From positions 12,799,659 through 12,863,658 of the forward strand of contig OZ316898.1 in the NCBI GenBank assembly GCA_973895155.1: a DNA stretch of 64,000 bases, in the 5' to 3' direction. This stretch comes from Marsupella aquatica (Eukaryota; Plantae; Marchantiophyta). The notes beneath the pieces are model-generated. The model saw only the letters and a list, made by a program, of their open reading frames with translations, was not told where the DNA came from and made no database searches. Below are positions 38,661 to 48,840 of the stretch, in pieces; within the stretch, counting starts at the first letter, position 1, and each line of letters starts with the position of its first letter. Made by a program: the position numbers and the translations under genes.

Positions 38661-39533
38661 TCACTCTGATTCAGAATCGCTAATAACCTCTTCCTCACTT
38701 GTTGTCACATAGTTTTCACTGTGAGGATCCTGACCCTTCCGTGGCCAGGCCTCAAAAAGATCATAGTCCATTGGGTTTTGACGCTTCCCAGCTGCTACTG
38801 ATTCCACAAGCCAAGCATATGAAACCACAAACACATTATGGGACATGACATAAAAGCGAATGTCACCCTTCCCAAACTTGCGGCAGGCTTTGGGATATGA
38901 CTTAGTAATGACATGAGTGGTGTCCTCTGTTATATTCTCCTCCACTGTCCCACCTAGGTCAAGCACTATGGACTTGTACACTTTGCACTTAACCTCTCCA
39001 ATTCCCGCCTCCACAAAAACCATGCTCAGCCCTTTCAGAATGGGGGTTGGTTGCTTCATCTCCTCAGCCAACATACTCTTCAGCCTTCTTGAGATTTGTC
39101 CTTTGTTGAGTACAGGTCCATATTGGACATCAGCAAGCCGTGCCTTTGCTTCCCAGACTTCTTGTTCAGCCCAAGCTGATGCAGTAGCTTCTTCATCCTC
39201 CCACAGTTCATATTGCTCAGTATCCTGTACAATCTGATGTGCTATGGAATCTGTGATCCAAGAGGCCTCAACTACTTTTAGGCCTCGCTCAGTAATTGCA
39301 GAATTCATGTAGGACCATGACCATTTCTTTATCACTGATAGCCATGTCCCTGCAACAACATGTGTAGTCTCTGGAGTGATGTCCTGCACTACAGTGCCAT
39401 GGAGCTCAGAGAATTGTTTCTGTACAGTTGGCCAATGCACTTTGGTCAACCCATGCTGGCCATGGACCAAAATGGCTCTGACCCCTGTAAACACTGCTGG
39501 GTGGTCACACTTTCTACGTTTCCCAGGCTCCAT
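38661..39533 (-). CDS. CACTA cargo: tandem BRCT-domain protein, about 290 aa
   Basis: Two repeats: VFTGV...HGTV...TTHVV...VVEASWITDSI...YEL and ILKGL...LGGTV...TTHVI...VVSYAWLVESVAAGK...YDL. Both carry the BRCT GG, THV and WxxxS motifs. First ATG at 39533; basic N-terminal KRRK. Confidence 0.85.
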   Translation of the reverse strand: MEPGKRRKCDHPAVFTGVRAILVHGQHGLTKVHWPTVQKQFSELHGTVVQDITPETTHVVAGTWLSVIKKWSWSYMNSAITERGLKVVEASWITDSIAHQIVQDTEQYELWEDEEATASAWAEQEVWEAKARLADVQYGPVLNKGQISRRLKSMLAEEMKQPTPILKGLSMVFVEAGIGEVKCKVYKSIVLDLGGTVEENITEDTTHVITKSYPKACRKFGKGDIRFYVMSHNVFVVSYAWLVESVAAGKRQNPMDYDLFEAWPRKGQDPHSENYVTTSEEEVISDSESE

Positions 39534-40129
39534 GTACACACACCCTACGTGATCAGAGTGAATATTGGAAGAGTGGGTTCACCTGCCAATAGAAGGACAC
39601 CAAAATTCCTGCTTTTTAAGTTGATCCGGTCCACTGTTGCCCAAGTCCAATTTTGATAGGTACAGGGGATATGTGAACAATAAGTACTAGGCACCTGCAC
39701 CGATGCAGGACATTGTTTGAGTATATACCAGGAAATCCATATCAAAGGTGAAATGAAGTGCAACCAACTTGTCATGGCCGCACATACATATTTTGTTGTA
39801 AAGGAGGATACATTCAATGACAAACTTATAGGGCAATTTGATTAATTGCATGTCTGATAATTTATATGCTTACAACTTTGAAGTCCTGTTTTAATTTAGC
39901 ACTCTGATGAGAGTGTTTGTGAAAATGACCACTCAGCCTAAATACTTCCAAGAAGGCTTGTTAGGATAAGTTTTTATAGGCATGTACCCAACCACTGACG
40001 CTATAGCATAGGATAAGTGCTGCCTATACAAACTTGCCTACCCAACTCCTTTTCAAAATTGGAATCTCTGCAATCCCCCAAAAATAGTACACCCACATCA
40101 GGTGCCCTGTGCATGTACAATGTTTAGCT

Positions 40130-40810
40130 TCATAGCCAAGATATGTGATCTCTCACAGGAGTGCGCGAGGTAGGATCAATGGCATGGCGATGACAATAAA
40201 ATATCCATCGATCAACACCATGTGCAGAGTGATCATAGATTTCTCTGTCACAAGCATAACCCTCTGCTTGACGATCTTTCAAGCAATGATAGTGCCACAT
40301 AGTGGGACACCTAGCACAGTGGACTATGTCAGCCCAGTACTCATCATCATGCTCACCACATGCCTTGCACCTATGAAGTGGGCAAGCTGTGGCATGAGCA
40401 GGCAAACACTCAAAACAGAAAAACCTCACACAAAAACGGTCTGGACATTTCCTAACATCCGGTGCAGCATCAACAGAGCCCTCATAGGACCCCAACTTCC
40501 CACACTGTGCACACTTAGCTTGCTTCTCCAAACAATCAGTGCACATCCAGTCTCCCTGGTGTGTTGACGGGAGGCCCACCCCTGGACAATTGTTTTCTGC
40601 AGCAAGGTGAGACTCCGGGTTGAGGTGGAAATGCCTCATGCAAGGGCCCTCACAGATGACCAAGCTCCCACCATCGTCACAAATGGCACAACAATGAGCT
40701 GCCTTCTGGAAAATCTGACTTGCAGAGAAGTTAGTAACGTGTGGCCCAGGTACACCTGTGTTGCTCACCTCTATCACACGCTTTTTCGCTGGAATTTTGG
40801 GGCGTGCCAT
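40130..40810 (-). CDS. CACTA cargo: EDM2-like composite (triple) PHD-finger protein, 226 aa
   Basis: CAICDDGGSLVICEGPCMRHFH...C...WMCTDC; CAQCGKLGS...CPDRFC..FCFEC...CPLHRCKAC...CARCPTMWHYHCL...IFYCHRHAIDPTSRTPVRDHI. This matches the EDM2 PHD region as recalled (CAICDNGG..CEG.C.RSFH; CPLHKC; CRRCPKSYH; IYC..H.ID....TPVRDH). Confidence 0.88.
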   Translation of the reverse strand: MARPKIPAKKRVIEVSNTGVPGPHVTNFSASQIFQKAAHCCAICDDGGSLVICEGPCMRHFHLNPESHLAAENNCPGVGLPSTHQGDWMCTDCLEKQAKCAQCGKLGSYEGSVDAAPDVRKCPDRFCVRFFCFECLPAHATACPLHRCKACGEHDDEYWADIVHCARCPTMWHYHCLKDRQAEGYACDREIYDHSAHGVDRWIFYCHRHAIDPTSRTPVRDHISWL

Positions 40811-41560
40811 GCCTACGCATGAGACAGACAGTACAATTAAGTAGACAATACAGGCAATACATTTTGGCAGACTTTACAGACAATATATTCTAGCCGACTT
40901 CACAGAAAGTAAAATTTAGCATTTAAGGTACAACGGCAACTTATACTGCAATGAATTGCAATGGCCACACAAGGATGCAGGGCAGACATACTTTTGGTAT
41001 GTTGAGCCCACACACAAAACTGATCTCCTAGTACAATTGCTCCACCAGCACCTCAATTTCGTGGCTATGATTCACCAAAAAAGATCTGCAACAACATTTC
41101 ATGCATTTGAATCACATACAATAGTCATCACATGAAAAACAGGCGTTTTTCCAACAAGATTGGGATCAAGTAGTGTGACGAGGGTTGTACTTTATACATC
41201 CTATATAGGCTATGATAGTGAGACAAATAAGTTTGAATACGTGACTGTATGGGATGTTTGCAGGTTATGACATGGCCCATTAATTTTGTCATATAATGTT
41301 ACAATGTTGGCCAAGTTAAAGCAGTCATTCAAGCAGTCTTTCATTGGAGAATTTAAAGAGAGCTTGCTTAATTCTTACATTAGGATATTCCACTTAGTGC
41401 AGCCAAATTAGGATAAGTTATATACTATGGATCCTAAACCCTGCACCCAAAATTGCTCAAACTTCAAAATTTTAAATAATTATCTGCGGTGCTTAAGTCA
41501 GAGCATTAAGTTATAGGTCATTGCACTCTGGTCTGTGCATACGGTGTGACAAGTGCTCCT

Positions 41561-42010
41561 CTACAGCGTGTGATCCAAACATGTGTAGACACCAAACGCA
41601 CCGGTGGTGGGGTCTGGGAGGCCAGGACAAGTGACATCGCCAGGCACACTGCAGGATGGCGAGTGGTTCCAGATGATACATTGTGCTCTATGCAAAAATC
41701 GACACCCAAGAGAACGGTCATCCAACTTTGGGCCAGAAGCCCGACAGGCAGGACAGTCATATTGGCAGTTGTGTACACACCCTTGGGCCCTAATTTGTGG
41801 CGGGTCATGTACAAGAGACAGAAATACCAAGGATCTTGGGAAGGGTAGAGAAGCAGGTACAGGCCAACTGTAGTTATTCCTGGCAACAATAGGGTACTCA
41901 AAGTACCATGCAGACTGGGCAGGAAGGATCCCAAGTCTCACATACTCAAGGCGCAACCTCTCTGCCTTGCGTGCAAGCCGCACATGTTCAGCATTGCGGG
42001 TGCTCACCAT
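41561..42010 (-). CDS. CACTA cargo: small Cys/His-rich, divergent PHD-like protein, 149 aa
   Basis: CPAC-x13-C-x7-C-x4-H-x3-C...YTCLDH approximates PHD spacing. ATG start; co-oriented with its neighbours. Confidence 0.5.
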   Translation of the reverse strand: MVSTRNAEHVRLARKAERLRLEYVRLGILPAQSAWYFEYPIVARNNYSWPVPASLPFPRSLVFLSLVHDPPQIRAQGCVHNCQYDCPACRASGPKLDDRSLGCRFLHRAQCIIWNHSPSCSVPGDVTCPGLPDPTTGAFGVYTCLDHTL

Positions 42011-45000
42011 AACTGTTGCTTTTGTTCAGATGTCTTGTGTTCACGTCCTCTGACGTCCTTTGATCAGCAAGGTGAGCAGGAGCTGTACTTGCCTCACCAA
42101 CAACAACCAACCTCAACTTATCAGTTCCCACTCACTGTGTCATTCCCTTGATTCCAACTAGAGGTCATAGTATAAACTTAGCATGAAACACTCCTAATCA
42201 ACAATGTTGCAAACTACAATATCCAGAAACACTGAAAGTCTCTGCCTGCAGTGAGCAACAGAGAGGTAGTTCACTGCTTGCAAGAGTGACTGAGCAGGAG
42301 TGTAGGCAGACTGGCATTCAGTTGGCACAACTATATTGTGCATCAGCACAAAAGCTCTTATAAACATGATATGCATGAAACTCATCGATAAAATAGAAGG
42401 AAACTAAACAGTGGATGCAAAACAAAGCAAATTACAGCACAGGTCGGCACAGGGCAAAACAGAGCAAAACAGAGCATGGATCGAGAAAATGAACAACATG
42501 TAGTTCTTACGCAAGAAACTCAGTGACAGCAAACAAATTCACTAGCCCCAGGGAGTGAAGCAAATGAGTACCAAGCCAACCAACTAAGATTGACTATGAA
42601 ATGCAAGTGACATCATTTCAACCAAAAAAACAATAAAGCACTTAGGCAACATTAATATAGAAGTGTAGTGGAATTATATCATGCGACAGATCATACTTGG
42701 TTCTACCTGAGGTGTACAGGCATACTGCCCTCAGGTAGAATGTGTATGCCCGCACATACACAAGAGGATCCCCAACAAAGCATATAACAATATGATCTGA
42801 ATTCCCAATTACTCTGTTTTGTCTATACCTATGTTCATCAAAAAATGTTATGAGCAGACATTGAGAAGCTAGCAAAATAGAGGAGCCAATCGAAGCCAAA
42901 ATATTACATTGCAGGTTGAATACATCAGTCACTGCCAAGAATCTATGCATGAAACAAACATGAAGGTATCGAATATGTATATGCATTACAAACTTTCATG
43001 CTAGACAGTGGCCAAAGTTAAAATGAACTAGTTTTGACTTTATGACTCTCTGAATGAAAATATTTTATTTCAGAATTATATTCTATTTCAGAATGGGTTC
43101 AACTCTGTGGATTGTGAACTGTCCCACTTGGAATTCCACTATTTGGGCTATCTAAGAATGCAGTTCAAAGGACATACAGTGCAAGACAGTTAGAGATCAT
43201 GTCTTCATTCCGACGTCCAATTGGACATTTTATGTCACAAACTGCGCAAGCAATGAAGTCCATGGAATTTTCTCAAAAATGCAGCTTCTGTTGTTGGTAA
43301 AAGCAACTATGAGTTTCCTATTGAGTGCCCCCAATGCACAATACTACCAGAGGCCCACTTTAGACAACGATGGCTGTCATTACTTATTGGGAACTCGGAT
43401 GCATATGTATTGAAATGCTTCGTAGAGTGTTCCGACCACAGGCAAACCTAACATCAATCTCAACATTCAGTCCCGTCTCAGAATTGATTTAGAGGAGGCT
43501 TAGCATTCAGTACAGTGTCAACAATCAGACTTGTCTTCACATTCAACATCCAATTGCAAGGGGCTTCGATGAAAGCACAAGACAGAGCTATAGAAGAAGA
43601 GACAGAGGAAGGCACCTGTGTGTTTGGGGAAAATGTGAAGCTCCAAAGACCACCCTAAACTGAAATCGCAGCGCACAGTTGGCCGGTCGTAGGTTGATAA
43701 AAGCAAAGCATAGAGCCACTTGGACGTCTGCAATGTTGTGAACTTGCTCCTTTCCTCACACTGTGACCGATGTCGCAAGGCATCTTTCCGTCGCAGTTGA
43801 GGTCCTATGCCTGATGACATGATCAAGAATGAGTAGCTACAATGTCCAGTCTCTCTTGACAGGGTGACATAGCAGCAATACACACATTGGATCAAAGCAC
43901 GAGTCGGAGAAAAACAATGAGAGATAAAAATGGACTTTCGCTCACCCATGTGTTGGATGGAAGAATGCAGCTACGAGGGCCGGTCTCCAGCTACAGCTCC
44001 TTGATGGCAAACCACAGGCTCTTCCCGGTTCTTCAACCAAAAACTGACCCGAAACACACTCTTGCAATGTCCTGAGTTAGTCGCAACAACTCCAATGTAG
44101 GTTGCAGCTGCCAATCCGTTCCCTCCGCCCTCCTTGCCAATGCCAACTCCCGATAGCAATGAGGCTTGTTCAGCTGACCTCCTTTGTAGGAGCTCCCAAC
44201 TCCCAAAGGAAAACTGTCACTACTCAGCTAAAAAACGGCCCCTGGACCTTGTCGCTGCCAATGTGCGTCGTGCGCTCAGTTCTCCTGCCCACCAAGAACT
44301 TCAACTATAACTTCAACTCCAATGCCCAAGAAGATTGATGAGCTCCTTAGTCAGAGACGCAGCTGGAAGGGTATGCACGCACTTACAGTTCACTAAGCTC
44401 CAATGCCCGAGACGATTGAGGAGCTGGTCCTGAGACTGGTCGCAGCTTGCACTCTTCACCTCAGGAATCCCGCGACGTTGTTTGAGCTCACAATACGCTT
44501 GGAAGAGAAGGATAGCTGCAGTAGACTTCACCCTAAGTCTTTACGCCTCCCACACAGGTCCCGCATTAGTAAAGCTTGTGCAGTGCTGTGGTGCGTCCCA
44601 TGGCTCCCTAAACCCAAGAAACCCCCCAGCTCAAGCCGATTCCCGCAGGTTTCGTGCTTGGCGAGGCCGTTTCCGCGGCTTAGCGGCATGGGACGCTGCT
44701 AACCTTCTACTACTACTATTAACATTTTACACACATATACTGGACAGATCCTTCATCGGGTCATGAGATACGTAGCCGGCCTAATATAGGCCTTCCCCTG
44801 TCTTCCCCTGTCTTCTTGTTAGGTATGTTTGGATTCCGCCGCCGGAATGATCCCCAATAGGCTTGGTTAAGCCGCTAAGACCTCTCTCAGCTCGACACAT
44901 CCAACTCTCACTCCCCTGCTTACTTTCCTTCCTTCTGTTGATGTGGGCACTCTTCACACAAGTTAATGCGACACACAAATAGCAAAATGACTCATTCTGA

Positions 45001-45498
45001 CTGAGTCATACCATGCACTTGCCATACAAACAGTACATCTCATACACAAGTTCTGCGAACTAAGTCGTGAGGCCAACTCTATTCAGCTCTTAGGCATGAG
45101 GAAACATGAATATACACAAGGGTCACTGTATGACTAACCGAGAGCTTCTCGTACTACTTGATCCCAGCCCGGCTGGTGCAAACTAAAAACTTGCTAAAGA
45201 AGAGGCCCTGAGCTCCCCGCTGCCCAGGTACTTATCCTGGTAGTGGATCCGCCATTCTTTGCATCGTAAGCCTAATCTACTTAACAGTAATCTACTTGCC
45301 CGAATCTACCTATGTACAGCAAGGCAGGAGCACAAGTGTTGCTCCTACCAGTGGGACCGCAATCCCACTAAGCTAAGTGTCAGGGCCGCTCCTGGTTCTG
45401 ATCCTAATCCTAAACGTGGAGATCCGCGCCCGCCCTGCCCACTCACGCCTCCTCCCTCCACGTCCGCCCTCCCTAAAAGGAACGGCGCCCTTGCACCG

Positions 45499-48400
45499 TC
45501 ACGACACCGGTGGTGGATCCTTAATGGACGCCCCCAACGCTTCCTCCTCAGCCACTGCCGTAGGTTCATTCTCTGACAGATTACCTGCCCTTGACTGAGT
45601 CAACTCTCCATCGGCCTGACTGGGTCCACCTTCGGCTTCAGCCTCGACACCGGCCTCGGCAATACCCACGGCTTCGGCCTCAGCCACTCCCACGGCTTCG
45701 GCCTCCCCTTCCCCTAGGGTAGTTGGATCCTTAGCCGTGACCCTGTCTGGGGTCGGTGCTGGGTCTACCTCCTTGATCACCACGGCCTGTGAAGTCGTAT
45801 TACTCCTTGACCCTGAAGGTTTCCGCTTCTTCTTCGTTGGTGGCTCGGCAGCTGGTCCCTTCCCCTTCCCACTTACTTCCAGCACTGGTGCAGTTGGCGC
45901 GGCTTGTCCTTCGGCAATTACCACCCCTGGTAACTGGTTTGTCCCAACGGGAGATGGACCTGCTGCAGCTAAGCATTTAAATACTGCGGCTTGTTTCTTC
46001 AGCCGCTCTGTTTGGTTGTCGGCCCGCCGCTGTAGGTTCTCCATCTTCCTCGTGATTTCCTCCAACTCCTCTTGGGTTTCATCCAGGTCCTTACGTGCCC
46101 CCTCCAGCTCATTTTTGGCCTCCTCCTGCTCCCTGTGGGCTTCCTCCAATTCCTTCTTCAAGGTAGCCCTCTCCTCCTGGGTTGCTCTTAGCTCCTTGTC
46201 GAGCTCTGCAATGATGACAGACTCCATCTGGTTCATCTTGGCGTAAGTTTGTTCGAGCATCTCGTCCTTCTCCCTTAGGTCGGCCTTGAAGCTGGCCGTC
46301 AGGGACGCAAGCTCCTGCTGCAGCGCCATAATCCCTTGATAGGATTTCCCTAACTCGACCTCCTTCTGCTCAAGGGCTCCGCGGATTTTCTCGAGCTCCC
46401 CTTTCAACGCCCATTCCTTTCTTTGGGTCTCCGCCATGGCCCGGCTGTTGGCTGTTATGTGGGCCTCCTCTGTATTCTTCAGCTCTTGCTTCCACTTCTC
46501 CCTCTCTTTGATCGTGTCGGCCAACTCTTCCTGCGTCTGAGTCAGTTTATCCTTGATATTCTGATTATCAGCCTGCGCGGTGTCCAACTGCCCCTGCATG
46601 ATGTTCAGCTCATGTCGTTTAATCCGCAGTTCATCTTGGGCTTTCTTGGCCGCCCTTAGATCTTCAATCTCGGCTTCCATCCTCCTAAGCCGCCGAATGA
46701 CCTCGTCCTTCTTGCTTCTCTCTAAAGCCACCGCTTCTTCTAATTGGTGCTTCTCCAACTGCTCCCTATGGAAAAAGGGTCCTACCTCCAACTCCTCTCC
46801 AAAGATGCCGAGCGCAAGTTCCCCACACATCTCACCATACTCCATGGCTCTATTCTTAGCGTAGGTGGAGTAAGTAGAAGTGATCGGCATCGCCCATCGT
46901 GGCCTCTGCTCCCAAGCCGTCCTGCGGATCTCTTCAATCGTGGCTAGAGGTTTGCTTCCTTTTTCGGCTAGCCGCCTGATGTCCTCCGGCCAATCTCCTC
47001 CTGGTAAATCCTTTTCCTTAGCCAGGGCGGCCTCCTCCTCCTGCTTGATTCGCTCCTGAAATTCCTGCACCGTCTGTTTTATGCCGTCGAAGCTCGGGGG
47101 AGCAACATCTGGTGGGGGAGACTCAGGGCTACTCTGCTGGTTGGGGTCCCCTCGCACTACCCTTGGAAGTGTGGGGACAAACCGGCCACAGGTCCTTACT
47201 CCTGGAACGTGATGGTCCGACCCATAGCCGGAATTATCATGGCTGCAGTCCTCCACTGCCTCCTCTACCTCTTGGACGTCCGGCTTCTCCCTCTCCTCTT
47301 CGTCGGTAGGAGCTTCAGGCAATTCTGCCTCAGATTCGGAGCTTGAGGTTCCCACGTACATTCGAACACCTGGCTTGGATTCCGGCCTGATTCTCTCCTT
47401 GTCTCCAGCAAAGGGGTTTTCTCTTGTGAGCCGGTGTAGGCCTACCTCTGTAGTAGTGTCCTGCATTGTTGCCGTTGCCGTTGTTGTTGCCGATGCCGAT
47501 TTCTTTTCTTTCTCCAGTAGTTTCAGCAGACTCTGCATGCCTGGTTGCTGCATCGGCAAGTCTTCCTTCCTGGGCCTAAACACCTGCTCGATCGTAGGAC
47601 TAACAGGTGGTTGAGGCTTCTCAGCCAACGGCCTCGGCGTTGGAGCTTCCTCGGGTGCCCTTACCTGTAGGGGAAGTACCGGGGCAAAAGTCTGACCTCT
47701 GGCATACCGGCACAACAGCGGCATGTGATAGCCAAGCCGCGACACGCCCCCCATGCCGATTACCTGCTGCTCCTCCTTTAAGATCTTCTTCAATTGGTTG
47801 AGGAGGTACCCGTTGTAGTCCCGGCTTGGGTCTGGCCTTTCTGCCAGATAGACCTGTGCCTTGCCGATCTCTGCCCTCGGCAAGTTACAATGCATGGTCA
47901 CCCGCAAGAAGTCGATCATCTCTCCTATGTGCGGGTTGGTGCAGGTGTTCCGGAAGAAGCCATTCTTCGTTGATGGCCCGGGGAACGACCGGAACTCCTT
48001 GTCAGGCAGGGTCTTCCTGGTATCAACTTTGGTCTTATTGCCTATCGGCAAGCCAAACACTTCGGCAATTACCTTGGGAGTAAGATAGAAATCCTTCCCA
48101 TATATCCTCGTGCAATTGGTCTCGGGTTCCCATGACCCCACGAATTCTAATAGGTCTGACTCCGGTACCTCCGGCTTCAGCCATGGTAATCTTACAAAGG
48201 CCTCCAAGCCGGATCCGGCCATGAAGCCTTGGTACTTCTTGGTCTGCATGGCCGTAAAGCATGCATCCTCCTCCCGTGCAAAATGTAGTTGCACCTCCAC
48301 CGGTAGGGTTGCCGCCCAGCCCTTCCAGGTGTCATCCCTGGTTGGAATGGCCTTGATGGGATCGACCTCCTCCTCTTCGGCTTCTCCCTGCCTCCTACTC

Positions 48401-48840
48401 TGCTGCTCGGCTGGCCTCTTTGGTGCCGCCGACCTCGTTCTTTTTGCCGGGGTGGCTTCATCGTTGACGGCCCCCTTCCTCTTCATCTCTGCTGCCGTGG
48501 AGGTTTCTCCTAGCACCGTTGCCTGGGTCCACCTTTCCGTGCTACCCTTTAATTCCCAGTGTATGTCGTTGCAGTTCTTGATGGCCTCTCGGATGCCGAC
48601 GACGCTGTCTTTGCAAAACAGAAGATCGTCGAGTTGATTGGAAGTAGGCGTCCACAGGAACTCGTCCTTGATGAGTTCGCCTCCTAAGAAAGCCGTCTTC
48701 TGCAGCTCCCACAATCGAGCGAGCTCCTGCCGTTCTCGAGCTGCCCTTTCTGACTCCTCGTCCTCGTAAGTCTTGATGTACTCAGTTGCCCGTTCGAACA
48801 GGCATCCCCAGAAATGTGCCGCTTGATTGACGTTGCTCAT
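45499..48840 (-). CDS. CACTA cargo: 1113-aa PMD-like/plant-transposon-domain protein with long coiled coil; frame extends upstream to 49098 across one TGA
   Basis: GLEAFV...LLEFVGSWEPETN...IYGKDFYLTPKVIAEVFGLP resembles the Plant Mobile Domain / Athila-ORF-like motif (W.PET...IT..DV..ILGLP). Heptad-rich E/K/Q/L region at about aa 690-960. PPTKKKRK NLS-like motif. Confidence 0.7.
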   Translation of the reverse strand: MSNVNQAAHFWGCLFERATEYIKTYEDEESERAARERQELARLWELQKTAFLGGELIKDEFLWTPTSNQLDDLLFCKDSVVGIREAIKNCNDIHWELKGSTERWTQATVLGETSTAAEMKRKGAVNDEATPAKRTRSAAPKRPAEQQSRRQGEAEEEEVDPIKAIPTRDDTWKGWAATLPVEVQLHFAREEDACFTAMQTKKYQGFMAGSGLEAFVRLPWLKPEVPESDLLEFVGSWEPETNCTRIYGKDFYLTPKVIAEVFGLPIGNKTKVDTRKTLPDKEFRSFPGPSTKNGFFRNTCTNPHIGEMIDFLRVTMHCNLPRAEIGKAQVYLAERPDPSRDYNGYLLNQLKKILKEEQQVIGMGGVSRLGYHMPLLCRYARGQTFAPVLPLQVRAPEEAPTPRPLAEKPQPPVSPTIEQVFRPRKEDLPMQQPGMQSLLKLLEKEKKSASATTTATATMQDTTTEVGLHRLTRENPFAGDKERIRPESKPGVRMYVGTSSSESEAELPEAPTDEEEREKPDVQEVEEAVEDCSHDNSGYGSDHHVPGVRTCGRFVPTLPRVVRGDPNQQSSPESPPPDVAPPSFDGIKQTVQEFQERIKQEEEAALAKEKDLPGGDWPEDIRRLAEKGSKPLATIEEIRRTAWEQRPRWAMPITSTYSTYAKNRAMEYGEMCGELALGIFGEELEVGPFFHREQLEKHQLEEAVALERSKKDEVIRRLRRMEAEIEDLRAAKKAQDELRIKRHELNIMQGQLDTAQADNQNIKDKLTQTQEELADTIKEREKWKQELKNTEEAHITANSRAMAETQRKEWALKGELEKIRGALEQKEVELGKSYQGIMALQQELASLTASFKADLREKDEMLEQTYAKMNQMESVIIAELDKELRATQEERATLKKELEEAHREQEEAKNELEGARKDLDETQEELEEITRKMENLQRRADNQTERLKKQAAVFKCLAAAGPSPVGTNQLPGVVIAEGQAAPTAPVLEVSGKGKGPAAEPPTKKKRKPSGSRSNTTSQAVVIKEVDPAPTPDRVTAKDPTTLGEGEAEAVGVAEAEAVGIAEAGVEAEAEGGPSQADGELTQSRAGNLSENEPTAVAEEEALGASIKDPPPVS

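Noticed and set aside
43100-44760. Possible further degenerate cargo on the + strand (LQCP..L LRR-like words)
   Set aside because: No sustained frame or convincing motif by eye; needs a translated search.
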